DNA of 64,000 nucleotides, taken from an uncultured Bacilli bacterium (lineage in GTDB: Bacteria > Bacillota_I > Bacilli_A > RF39 > UBA660). Position numbers and translations under genes: made by a program. The stretch spans positions 11,245-75,244 of the forward strand of contig CAKOMR010000004.1 in assembly GCA_934096705.1 (NCBI GenBank), in the 5' to 3' direction. Below are positions 27,721-37,083 of this stretch, piece by piece (position 1 is the stretch's first letter; every line of letters starts with the position of its first letter). The notes under the pieces are model-generated. The model was not told the origin of the DNA, made no database searches, and saw only the letters and a program-made list of their open reading frames with translations.

Positions 27721-29016
27721 ATGTTTAGAGAATTTGATTATGATAATAAACCAGTTGTAGAAATAGTTAATGAAATAATCGAAGATGCTATTAAAAAAGG
27801 TGTTTCCGATATTCATTTCGACCCTGCAGAAAAAGGAATAAATGTAAGAATCAGAATAGATGGTGAACTACATGATTATTGTAAAATACCAGATTCTGTA
27901 AAAAAGAATTTAACAACAAGAGTAAAAATTATCAGTGGTATGAATATTACTGAATCAAGACTTCCCCAAGACGGAGCTATTAAAAGACTTGATGATGGTA
28001 AACAATTAGACCTTCGTGTATCTTCCCTACCTACCATTCATGGTGAAAAAATAGTTATAAGAATACTAGATTATTCAATGAGTTTAGCGGGTCTTGAAAC
28101 TTTAGGCTTCTCTGATGCTAACTATGAAAAAGTTAAAACTGCGCTTACTGCTCCAAACGGTATTATCTTAGTTACTGGTGCTACAGGTTCAGGAAAAAGT
28201 ACAACAGTTTACTCAATGTTGCAACTTCTAAACACTCCCGAAACAAATATTATTACAGTTGAAGACCCCGTAGAAATGAAAATGAAAGGTTTGAACCAAG
28301 TACAAGTTATGAGTGAAATTGGTTTAGACTTTAATACAACACTTCGTAGTATTCTTCGTCAAGACCCAGATACAATAATGATTGGAGAAATTCGTGATGA
28401 TGAAACTGCAAGAATAGCGGTACGTGCCTCTATAACAGGCCACTTAGTACTTTCAACAATCCATACAAATAACTCACTTAATACTATTGAAAGATTACTT
28501 GATATGGATGTAGAAAGATATTTATTAGGTTCTGCTCTTACTGCTATAATTTCTCAAAGACTTGTAAAAAAGTTATGTCCTAAATGTCGTAAATCAAGAC
28601 CTACAACAGCATATGAAAAAAACTTATTTAAAAAGGTTTTAGATATAGATGTTCCTGCAATATATGAAGCTGTCGGCTGTGATGAATGTTTTAATGGATA
28701 TAGAGGAAGAGCCGCTCTTCATGAAGTATTACTTCTTAATCAAGATATAAGAGATGCAATTATTAATAATGTTCGTAAAGATGAACTTAGAAATTTAGTT
28801 TATAATAAAGATAGTACTCGTACCCTTTTAGAAGATGGTCTTATGAAAGTTATTAATGGTACATCCACAATCGAAGAAATAGTTAAAGTTATAGATCTTG
28901 ATACTGACTTTGGTAGTGATGATGTTGAAATAAGAAATGCCTTTTTAGGTAAAGAAATAGAAAAAGATGAAGAAAATCTAAAAAAGGAACAAAGTCAAAT
29001 TATTGACTCACTATAA
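27721..29016 (+). CDS. Type II/IV secretion-family ATPase (PilB/GspE/ComGA-like)
   Basis: Walker A TGATGSGKSTT, Walker B/Asp box DPDTIMIGEIRD, His box GHLVLSTIHTN, and tetra-Cys CPKC...CDEC. 431 aa with no N-terminal GSPII_E_N extension. Confidence 0.85.
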   Translation: MFREFDYDNKPVVEIVNEIIEDAIKKGVSDIHFDPAEKGINVRIRIDGELHDYCKIPDSVKKNLTTRVKIISGMNITESRLPQDGAIKRLDDGKQLDLRVSSLPTIHGEKIVIRILDYSMSLAGLETLGFSDANYEKVKTALTAPNGIILVTGATGSGKSTTVYSMLQLLNTPETNIITVEDPVEMKMKGLNQVQVMSEIGLDFNTTLRSILRQDPDTIMIGEIRDDETARIAVRASITGHLVLSTIHTNNSLNTIERLLDMDVERYLLGSALTAIISQRLVKKLCPKCRKSRPTTAYEKNLFKKVLDIDVPAIYEAVGCDECFNGYRGRAALHEVLLLNQDIRDAIINNVRKDELRNLVYNKDSTRTLLEDGLMKVINGTSTIEEIVKVIDLDTDFGSDDVEIRNAFLGKEIEKDEENLKKEQSQIIDSL

Positions 29017-29040
29017 AACGCCACAATTTGTGACGTTTTT
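29015..29040. terminator. Bidirectional terminator shared by the ATPase gene and PF-A
   Basis: Stem aaaacgccaca/tgtgacgtttt (one mismatch) between the two convergent stops. T-runs on both strands. Confidence 0.7.
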
Positions 29041-29049
29041 ATTTGATTT

Positions 29050-31161
29050 TTATTCTACTACGAATGGATTTGTATATGAACCATCTCCTGAGGCATACAC
29101 AGTGCCAGGTTTCAAGGAAACAGCCGGACGCACGCCCCCCGCATTGTTGACGTCGCCGCTGTACATGCTACCCGCGGTGCTCACGCGCCTGCCGTTGACG
29201 TTGTAGGCGGAGAATCTGTCAGGGGAAGCAAGCCAGTACCAACTGCCGGTATTTAAATAGTATGTCCTCGAACTGGCATTTCTATACGCTAGCCATACCT
29301 CCGGTGCGGATAATAACCCGACTGGGTATGTAAGTTTGGCTTTACTATTACTCACACTAAATTTATCTGTTTCATTTGTACACGCTAAGCTATAATTGGT
29401 ATTATAATTTTTAAAATATAAATAGTTCGACACACTTACTCCATTTGGATTCCAGCCATTTGCTAATTGGTTGATTATAGTTCTATCATTACAAAATACT
29501 GTATCTTCAAGTTTATCTGTATAACTTGTCATTTTGTCTTTATACCATGAATCTATATATGTTTTCATTGTACTATCAGTTTTATTTACATCATCTGCGT
29601 ATAGCATTTCATTTAATGCATCATCTACTGATTTTCCATTTGTTATGGTTATATAATACGGTGTGATACCATCTATATAATATATATAATAAATTGATGT
29701 GCATGTCGTTCCATCGGTAAAACATGTATAATGATGTGTATTTATACTAGTCTTGTTTGAACTAATGTTACCTGCCCATGTATCTGAACTAATTGTTACT
29801 GTATCACTTAATGTATATGTTCCATTTGCATATGTAAATGAATTACCAAATACATAATCTTTGCTAAAACTCGTTCCATCGGTATTTCCACCCGATAATC
29901 TATAATAATAAATTTTTGTCCCACTGTAACCTACTATATAATATGGGCTTGAACATGACGTAGCTGAACTACTATTACATGTATATTTGCCTACCACGTC
30001 ACTTATATTCGAACTTGATACGCTTACTGTCGATTTATTATTAAGTGTATATGTTGAGCCACTATATGTTACTGAATCTCCTACTATCTTTGAGCCACTA
30101 AAACTTATCGAACTTATTAATGATTTTGATGAGTATGTATAAACTGTATTATACATATAGCCTACATATGCTGGTGAATTATATGTGCTATTAAATGCTT
30201 TTGTACTTGCCAGTTGTGAAGCTGTACCACTATTATTACATGAACCATCAGTCTGTACTCCATTATACACCATTTTAACTCCACCAGTGTCTGTTGTTCT
30301 TACTATCTTCCAGCAGAATCCTCCGAAAAGGACATTGTTATTTTCTACCGCTCCATTAAAATAATATACTGGATGTGAATATGAACTTGCATCAGACTCA
30401 CTATATAGTTTTACATATGTATCATTATTTTTATATCTTTGTTCTATTTTACTATAAAGACTTTCTTTTGAATAACTTTCATTATTACATTTAACACTAC
30501 TTTCATCCACATAAAATGTTCCAGAAAATGTTTTACCTGCTAAAGCTGATTGATTTACATCTAAATTATAAAACTTTGTACTTATTCCATATGTTTGTGT
30601 TGTTCCTCTTGTTGAAGCATCAGATATTGTAGCTCCACTTATAATAACTCTTTTAGGTTTTGAGGAATTACTCCATTTTCCTGAAGTAGTTTCATAATTA
30701 AAGTTTTTTTCTTCGACAAAATCACCTTTTGCATCAATACCAAGTACTTGTAAAGTAAGCTCTTTATCGGCTCCTGTAGTTACCGGTGTTGGGCTTATTC
30801 CATAAAAACTTGAGGATGAATCATATTCAAATACGATATCATAAGTACATGTAGTACGAATTTTATCTGAACCTGACGTAAGAGTTACATTTAAATAACT
30901 TCCCTCTCTTGCGGCCACTCCACTTTCTACATACTGAGTCATATTTTTACTTGGAACTGTTAAATTAAAATCTGCTCCATCAGAAACAAATGTGCCTTCA
31001 GCTCCTACATCAATTGTTACATTTACTTTTACCTTACTAGTTACATTTTGATTAAATGAACCAAAATATGCGAATGATGCCCCTATAAATAAAGATAAAA
31101 GAAGTACACTTGCAACTAGGGAAAAAATCTTTGTATTTCTACTTATATTCTTACTATCCAT
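29050..31161 (-). CDS. PF-A: large secreted protein with a SipW-type signal peptide, the shared C-terminal module and a GC-rich hypervariable cassette
   Basis: N-terminus ...IFSLVASVLLLSLFIGASFAYFGSF. Core YYFNGAVENNNVLFGGFCWKIVRTTDTGGVKMVYNG. C-terminus LTYPVGLLSAPEV..YWLASP-[34 aa]-SLKPGT..GDGSYTNPFVVE. Confidence 0.75.
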   Translation of the reverse strand: MDSKNISRNTKIFSLVASVLLLSLFIGASFAYFGSFNQNVTSKVKVNVTIDVGAEGTFVSDGADFNLTVPSKNMTQYVESGVAAREGSYLNVTLTSGSDKIRTTCTYDIVFEYDSSSSFYGISPTPVTTGADKELTLQVLGIDAKGDFVEEKNFNYETTSGKWSNSSKPKRVIISGATISDASTRGTTQTYGISTKFYNLDVNQSALAGKTFSGTFYVDESSVKCNNESYSKESLYSKIEQRYKNNDTYVKLYSESDASSYSHPVYYFNGAVENNNVLFGGFCWKIVRTTDTGGVKMVYNGVQTDGSCNNSGTASQLASTKAFNSTYNSPAYVGYMYNTVYTYSSKSLISSISFSGSKIVGDSVTYSGSTYTLNNKSTVSVSSSNISDVVGKYTCNSSSATSCSSPYYIVGYSGTKIYYYRLSGGNTDGTSFSKDYVFGNSFTYANGTYTLSDTVTISSDTWAGNISSNKTSINTHHYTCFTDGTTCTSIYYIYYIDGITPYYITITNGKSVDDALNEMLYADDVNKTDSTMKTYIDSWYKDKMTSYTDKLEDTVFCNDRTIINQLANGWNPNGVSVSNYLYFKNYNTNYSLACTNETDKFSVSNSKAKLTYPVGLLSAPEVWLAYRNASSRTYYLNTGSWYWLASPDRFSAYNVNGRRVSTAGSMYSGDVNNAGGVRPAVSLKPGTVYASGDGSYTNPFVVE

Positions 31162-31213
31162 TTATATCTTCCTTACTCTAAAATAAGTATATCATAAAAA
31201 TATATTTTAGTTA

Positions 31214-31240
31214 ACAAAAAAAGCAAGTTTTCACTTACTT
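31214..31240 (-). terminator. Intrinsic terminator after ddl
   Basis: On the minus strand the stem is aagtaagt/acttgctt (one G-U pair) with a GAAA loop, followed by T7. It overlaps the ddl stop codon. Confidence 0.65.
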
Positions 31241-32392
31241 TTTAACACCTTTTGTTCCATTAAATCCTTCAAGGACATTTGTTTCAAAACTTGTTTGCTT
31301 TTTTGACTTATTTTGATACTTTTTAATTCCTAAATCAATTACTTGACTAAGCATATCTTTATAAGTTACTCCCATTGGAGTCCATAAGTAAAATGCCAGT
31401 GATCCAGGTATAATATTAAGCTCATTTAAATATACTTCATTAGTTTTTTGATCAAGTAAATAATCAATTCTAACAACACCTGTAGTATTTAATGCTTTAC
31501 AAGCTTTTTTACTCATTTCTTTTATTTCTTCAGTAAGTTTTTTAGAAATATCTGCAGGAACTTTTCTTCCTGTGCTTGCCATTCCTTTACTTTTACCACC
31601 TGATAAATATTTATCATTATATGAAAGTATCTCATCTGATGAAAATACTTCTTCGATCATACTTGCTTCATAATTACTATTATCTCCAAGGACTGAACAA
31701 TTAAGTTCTTTTAAATTTTCAATAACTTTTTCTACTAAAATCTTTTCATCATAAGAAAGAGCATCTTCAATAGATTCGATAAGTTCTTCTTTATTATTTG
31801 CAACGCTTATTCCTACACTACTTCCTTGTCTTGCGGGTTTAATTATTACAGGATAGCTTAATTTACTAATATTTTTAATAACGCTATCAACGTCCTTTAA
31901 ATAATCACTTTCGTAAAAATAATAGTAAGGAGCTACATTTATACCATTTTCCTTTAATATGGCTTTTTGATAAACTTTATCTTGGCCAATACAGCTTGCA
32001 TATAAATCACTTTCACAGTATGGTGCACCTAAAGTTTCTAAGAATCCTGCAACAGAACCATCTTCAGTATTATATCCATGAAGTACTGGGAAAAAGATAT
32101 CAATTTTAGTAACAACATTAAATGGTATATGATTTTTAACAAGAACGAAATTATTATCTTTTTTAGTTATTAATACTTCACTTGCCTTTTTACTTACTTG
32201 TTTTAAATCTTTATAGGTTTCTATATTTCTTAGTGCACTACCTGTATAAAATACAGATGATTTAGAAATATAAATTGGAACTATTTCGTACTTTTCTTCA
32301 TCAATATTATTCATTGCTTGAATAGCACTAATAATACTTATTTCATGTTCAGTACTCATACCTCCGAAAATAAAACCAACTTTAATTTTCAT
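31235..32392 (-). CDS. ddl: D-alanine--D-alanine ligase
   Basis: MKIKVGFIFGGMSTEHEIS, FPVLHGYNTEDGSVAGFLE, ATP-grasp fold. I prefer the start at 32392 (GGAGG 9 nt upstream) to the track start at 32428. Confidence 0.9.
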   Translation of the reverse strand: MKIKVGFIFGGMSTEHEISIISAIQAMNNIDEEKYEIVPIYISKSSVFYTGSALRNIETYKDLKQVSKKASEVLITKKDNNFVLVKNHIPFNVVTKIDIFFPVLHGYNTEDGSVAGFLETLGAPYCESDLYASCIGQDKVYQKAILKENGINVAPYYYFYESDYLKDVDSVIKNISKLSYPVIIKPARQGSSVGISVANNKEELIESIEDALSYDEKILVEKVIENLKELNCSVLGDNSNYEASMIEEVFSSDEILSYNDKYLSGGKSKGMASTGRKVPADISKKLTEEIKEMSKKACKALNTTGVVRIDYLLDQKTNEVYLNELNIIPGSLAFYLWTPMGVTYKDMLSQVIDLGIKKYQNKSKKQTSFETNVLEGFNGTKGVKK

Positions 32393-32396
32393 TTTT

Positions 32397-33965
32397 TTAT
32401 TCCTCCGTATATAAATCTGGTAAATCATTTTCTATTAATACTACTGTTTTCTTATTACCAGACTTTTTCATTATATCATTATATGCATCTAAAAATCTAT
32501 TATATACATTAATTTTCATTTTAGGGTTTACTTCCAAAATGCCTTTTTGAATTGCTTTACTACGTTTTTTGCCAATTAAGTAAGCAGTATCTACGTTTTT
32601 ACCAATCTTTTTACCAAACTCATAATTAAGTTTTTCTTCTTCTTTACCCATTTCTACCATACCTGGAGTAATAATTACTTTATTTCCTTCCATCAAAGAT
32701 AATACATCAACTGCATTACTTGCTCCTACAGGATTTGAATTATAACTATCATCAATTATGGTAATATTTTTTACTGTTTTAATTTCTAAACGATGTTTTA
32801 TAGGTTTAATATTTTTAATGCCAATTTTTATTTCATTTAAAGAAAGTCCCATATGTTTAGCAAGAGCAGCAGCACTTAAAATATTATAAATATTTTTTTC
32901 CCCGAGTAAAATTGTTTGAACATTTACTTTTTCATTTTTAAAGCATAAATCAAAACTTGTTCCTTTACTACTTATATTAATGTTTTCAGCTGTTACATCA
33001 GCTTTATTTTTTATACCGATCCAAATAACTTTAACTTTATTATTTAATTTATATTTTTTTTCATATTCATCATCTTTATTAAGAACTAGGGCTCCATCAC
33101 TTGGAAGACTTTCTCCGAGTTCAAATTTAGTTTTACATATATTATCAATTGTTTTAAATGTTTCAAGATGTGCAGGTCCAATACTTGTAATAATGCCATA
33201 TTTAGGTTTTACTAAAGAACATAACTCTTTTATTTCTCCTTTGGCACGCGCTCCCATTTCACAAATAAAATAATCATTAAAAATAGTTTTTTCATTATTT
33301 ATTGTAAGTATTACTCCGTTTGGAGTATTAAAACTTCCTGGGGTATAAAACCCTTTATATTTTACACTTAATAAACTTTCTAAAATCATTTTTGTACTTG
33401 TTTTGCCAAATGATCCCGTTATACCTATAATATTTATATTTTTCATACTGCCAAGTTTAGTTAAAGCTTTTGATTTATAATGATTAAATATAATTTTTTC
33501 CACGGGCATTAAAATACATATAATGCCCATTAAAATAAATGGATTTAAACTAACAAATAAAACTATTAGTCCAAGAGTAAATGTTATACTTAAATTTTTT
33601 GCATATATCATAAATATTAAATAAAAAATTATATCTAATAAATATATTCTTATAAGTCTTTTGGTAAATTTCAAAGGTAACTTTTCACTATGTTTTATAT
33701 ATGAAGTCACGCTTGTGAAAATAAGTATAAACATTATTGTAAAAAAGTAAATTGTAAGTAAATTATTAAATTCTTCGAAAAATAAAAGTGATAAACCAAA
33801 CAAATATTTTAATAAATATAGGTTATAATTCGATTTAATATCTTTAAGTAAAAATTTAAAATACTTAGATTTATTATTATAAGAGTTTTGTTGTAACATC
33901 TGAAGGTCAAATAATGATGAAAAAATAAATAAAACTGTAAGTAATATAATTCCAATAATTTTCAT
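32397..33965 (-). CDS. murF: Mur ligase, MurF-like, with an N-terminal polytopic membrane extension
   Basis: GITGSFGKTSTK P-loop and Mur ligase central and C-terminal regions. Adjacent to ddl. The first ~165 aa are about 5 hydrophobic helices. Confidence 0.7.
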   Translation of the reverse strand: MKIIGIILLTVLFIFSSLFDLQMLQQNSYNNKSKYFKFLLKDIKSNYNLYLLKYLFGLSLLFFEEFNNLLTIYFFTIMFILIFTSVTSYIKHSEKLPLKFTKRLIRIYLLDIIFYLIFMIYAKNLSITFTLGLIVLFVSLNPFILMGIICILMPVEKIIFNHYKSKALTKLGSMKNINIIGITGSFGKTSTKMILESLLSVKYKGFYTPGSFNTPNGVILTINNEKTIFNDYFICEMGARAKGEIKELCSLVKPKYGIITSIGPAHLETFKTIDNICKTKFELGESLPSDGALVLNKDDEYEKKYKLNNKVKVIWIGIKNKADVTAENINISSKGTSFDLCFKNEKVNVQTILLGEKNIYNILSAAALAKHMGLSLNEIKIGIKNIKPIKHRLEIKTVKNITIIDDSYNSNPVGASNAVDVLSLMEGNKVIITPGMVEMGKEEEKLNYEFGKKIGKNVDTAYLIGKKRSKAIQKGILEVNPKMKINVYNRFLDAYNDIMKKSGNKKTVVLIENDLPDLYTEE

Positions 33966-33978
33966 TTTAATCCCCTTT

Positions 33979-34716
33979 CTAGTCTAAGAAATTATGAAGT
34001 ATGGCAATTGTTTGATTTAGATTTTCTAAATAAGCATAATGATGCGCGCCTTCATATTTAACAAGTCCAGCATCACTAATTAGTTTTTCAAGATCCTCAG
34101 CCTCTTTTATAGGTACATCAGTATCAAGTGCTCCATATATTAAAAGTGTTGGGCATGTAATATTTTTGGCATTTTCAGTTAAATCTTCATTAACTATCTT
34201 AACAAGCGAACCTCTTAAAATATCACTTGCGTTTTTATAGTCTGCAGATCCCCATTTATTTCTTAGGTAGTCCGCTAAAGGTTTAAATAATCTAACTTTT
34301 TTAACCACTTTATATATTTTTACTTTCATATTTGATTTTTTCTTTTTGCTCGGTCTAAATGGAGCAGAAAGTAAAACCACTTTTTCTGTTTTATATTTTG
34401 AGGCATAACAAATTGCTACCCTTCCCCCAAAAGAGTGACCAATTAAAATTGGATTTTTAACATTTAAACTAGTCAAAAATTCATGTAAAAAATTTGCATA
34501 ATCTGTTACAGACCAAAAAGAATCTGGTTCAGGAGTAGCTCCAAAACCAGGAAAATCTAAAATAATAATTCGATGAGTTTTTTCAAAAGGATGGCCTAGC
34601 ATATCCATCATTTCAATATTTTGTCCCCATCCATGAAGCAAAACAATAACTCCTTTTTTATTTGTACCATAATCAACATAATTTACATCATTAATATTCA
34701 TAATACCCACTTCCAA
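33979..34716 (-). CDS. Alpha/beta-fold hydrolase
   Basis: LLHGWG oxyanion region, nucleophile elbow GHSFGG, and a C-terminal His (GAHHY). Confidence 0.7.
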   Translation of the reverse strand: MEVGIMNINDVNYVDYGTNKKGVIVLLHGWGQNIEMMDMLGHPFEKTHRIIILDFPGFGATPEPDSFWSVTDYANFLHEFLTSLNVKNPILIGHSFGGRVAICYASKYKTEKVVLLSAPFRPSKKKKSNMKVKIYKVVKKVRLFKPLADYLRNKWGSADYKNASDILRGSLVKIVNEDLTENAKNITCPTLLIYGALDTDVPIKEAEDLEKLISDAGLVKYEGAHHYAYLENLNQTIAILHNFLD

Positions 34717-34745
34717 TACTAATTCTAGAAAAATTATATCATAGT

Positions 34746-37001
34746 TTACTTAAAAAGCCCATCATATATTTGTGAAAAATTATTTACCATAATAATTTCT
34801 ACATTCGTAATAATTTCTTTTTCTAATTGACTTAAATCATCAGCATTTGCACTAGGCACATATATTTTATTTACTCCTTCATTTACCGCAGTAGATATTT
34901 TTTCTTTGAGTCCTCCGATAGGAAGAATATCACCTTTTAATGAAAGTTCTCCCGTAAAAGCCACTGATGAAGGTATTTTCTTTTTATTAATCAATGATAA
35001 AAGTGCCACAGCGCAGGCAACTCCTGCCGAAGGTCCATCTTTTTTCACTGATGTTTCCATAAAATGAAAATGTACATCAAAACCTTTTAAATCAATATTA
35101 TATGTACTTACTAAATAGCTTATTACCACCATTATGCTATCTTTTAAAACATCACCGGCTCCACCAGTAATTAAAAGTTTACCAGTGCCTTTATATTTAG
35201 TAACCTCTACATGAGATAATTTTCCTCCTAAAATAGTATATGCCATAATATTAGCTATGCCACATGTACTAATTTCTGGTAAATATTCAATATTTTTATC
35301 TTCCAAATATTTATTAACATGCAAAATAGTTATGCTTTTAGCATTAGGTTCATTTACATATACTTTTCTAATAAGTCTTTCTAAAATTCTTTTAAGTTCC
35401 CTTACTCCAGGTTCTTTAGTATAACCTAATATAATATACTCTAAAACTTCTTTATTTATTTTTAATTCGATTTGATAATTACTTAAAATATTTTTTACTA
35501 AATAATTTTTAGCAATATCAATTTTTTGACTTAATAAATAGCCATCCATTCTAATTATTTCTAACCTATCAAGTAATGTTGCAGGTATTTTATCAATTTC
35601 ATTAGCCGTTAAAATAAACATTACTTTTGATAAATCAAATGGTTCTTCAATATAGTTATCTACGAAAAATTTATTTTGTGTTTCATCTAAAATTTCAAGT
35701 AAAGTAGATGCTGGATCACCTTTATAATCTTTAACCATTTTATCTACTTCATCAATTAAGATAACTGGATTATTAACTTTACACTTAATAATTGCTTGCA
35801 TTATTTTCCCAGGAGCAGAGCCTAAATATGTTTTACGAGAACCAATAAGTTCTGTAGAATCATTAAGTCCTCCAACGCTTATTTTATAAAACTTTCTATT
35901 TAAAGCTTTGGCTATAGAAAAAGCAATTGATGTTTTACCTGTACCAGGAAACCCTAAAAGGCATATTACTGGTGAAGATAAATTAGGATTCTTCTTTTTT
36001 AAAACCGCATACTCGCAAATTCTATCCTTAACTTCCTTAAGACCAAAATGACTTTCATTTAAAGATGATGATATTTTATTAACATTTAAATTTTCTTCCG
36101 AAGAAGTATGCCATGGCAAATTTAAAAGTGTATCAAGGTAGTTTTTAATAACAGAACTTTCTGGACTAAATTCCGAAGAAAAATTATATTTATTTATTTC
36201 ACTTAAAAGTTTATTATAAGTTTTTTCCTCTAAATTAAGGGAATTTAATTTTTCTAATAAATCTGTAATTTCATTTTCTTTATTATTGCCAAGTTCTTTA
36301 TTAATTTCTTTTAATTTTTCTTTTAAAATATACTCTCTTTGACCATTTTCAATACTTTCTTGTAAATGCTCATTAAGTTCTTTATCAATATGGCAAACAG
36401 ATATTTCTTCATTTAGATCATTAATTAGATCTTGCGCTCTATTAATAGGATTAATTGATTCCATATAATAAAGTTTTTTATTAAAGGGAAATGGCAAAAA
36501 AGATGTAATTATATCCGTAAGAGAGTCAATACTTTCTGTATCATTTACGCTTTTTAAAATGGAATTTGATACATTTTTATTAAGGGAAATATATTCTTTT
36601 AAAAGTTCAATAAGTTTTCTTCGAACTGCAGTTTCTTTAGTTTTTGAAAAAACGGGTAATTCAATTATATCTGGTAAACATTTTAATATATTAGTATTCT
36701 TATTTTGAAAATATTTTAAAATGCTTACTCTAGTTTCTCCTTTTAATATTACTCTTAAATTACCATTTGGAAGCTCTACTTTACTTTTAATATTTGCTAT
36801 AACGCCAACTTTAGGAAGGTCCTCTAAAGAAGGTTCTGTTTCAAGACTATTTTTGGGAGCAATAACTAAAACTTTATTATTATTTTTAGAGGCAACTTTA
36901 ATAATTTTTTTACTAAATTCATTGCTTAAGTCAATTTTAATTTCTTGATTAGGTAAAATTATAAGTTCATTGAGGATAAATACAGGTAATAAGTTATTCA
37001 T
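34746..37001 (-). CDS. lon: ATP-dependent Lon protease
   Basis: LON N-domain, Walker A GFPGTGKTS, catalytic KKDGPSAGVA; 751 aa. Confidence 0.9.
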   Translation of the reverse strand: MNNLLPVFILNELIILPNQEIKIDLSNEFSKKIIKVASKNNNKVLVIAPKNSLETEPSLEDLPKVGVIANIKSKVELPNGNLRVILKGETRVSILKYFQNKNTNILKCLPDIIELPVFSKTKETAVRRKLIELLKEYISLNKNVSNSILKSVNDTESIDSLTDIITSFLPFPFNKKLYYMESINPINRAQDLINDLNEEISVCHIDKELNEHLQESIENGQREYILKEKLKEINKELGNNKENEITDLLEKLNSLNLEEKTYNKLLSEINKYNFSSEFSPESSVIKNYLDTLLNLPWHTSSEENLNVNKISSSLNESHFGLKEVKDRICEYAVLKKKNPNLSSPVICLLGFPGTGKTSIAFSIAKALNRKFYKISVGGLNDSTELIGSRKTYLGSAPGKIMQAIIKCKVNNPVILIDEVDKMVKDYKGDPASTLLEILDETQNKFFVDNYIEEPFDLSKVMFILTANEIDKIPATLLDRLEIIRMDGYLLSQKIDIAKNYLVKNILSNYQIELKINKEVLEYIILGYTKEPGVRELKRILERLIRKVYVNEPNAKSITILHVNKYLEDKNIEYLPEISTCGIANIMAYTILGGKLSHVEVTKYKGTGKLLITGGAGDVLKDSIMVVISYLVSTYNIDLKGFDVHFHFMETSVKKDGPSAGVACAVALLSLINKKKIPSSVAFTGELSLKGDILPIGGLKEKISTAVNEGVNKIYVPSANADDLSQLEKEIITNVEIIMVNNFSQIYDGLFK

Positions 37002-37083
37002 ACTATCCTCCCTTCGAAATTAAGATTTATTATAATGACAAAAAAAAAGAATGTAAATATTAAAGACACTTTATTGACACTTT

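Noticed and set aside
29003-29206. 67-aa plus-strand ORF overlapping the 3' end of PF-A
   Set aside because: It is open only because the GC-rich cassette lacks stop codons on the opposite strand. It has no RBS and spans the terminator hairpin, so it is a shadow ORF.
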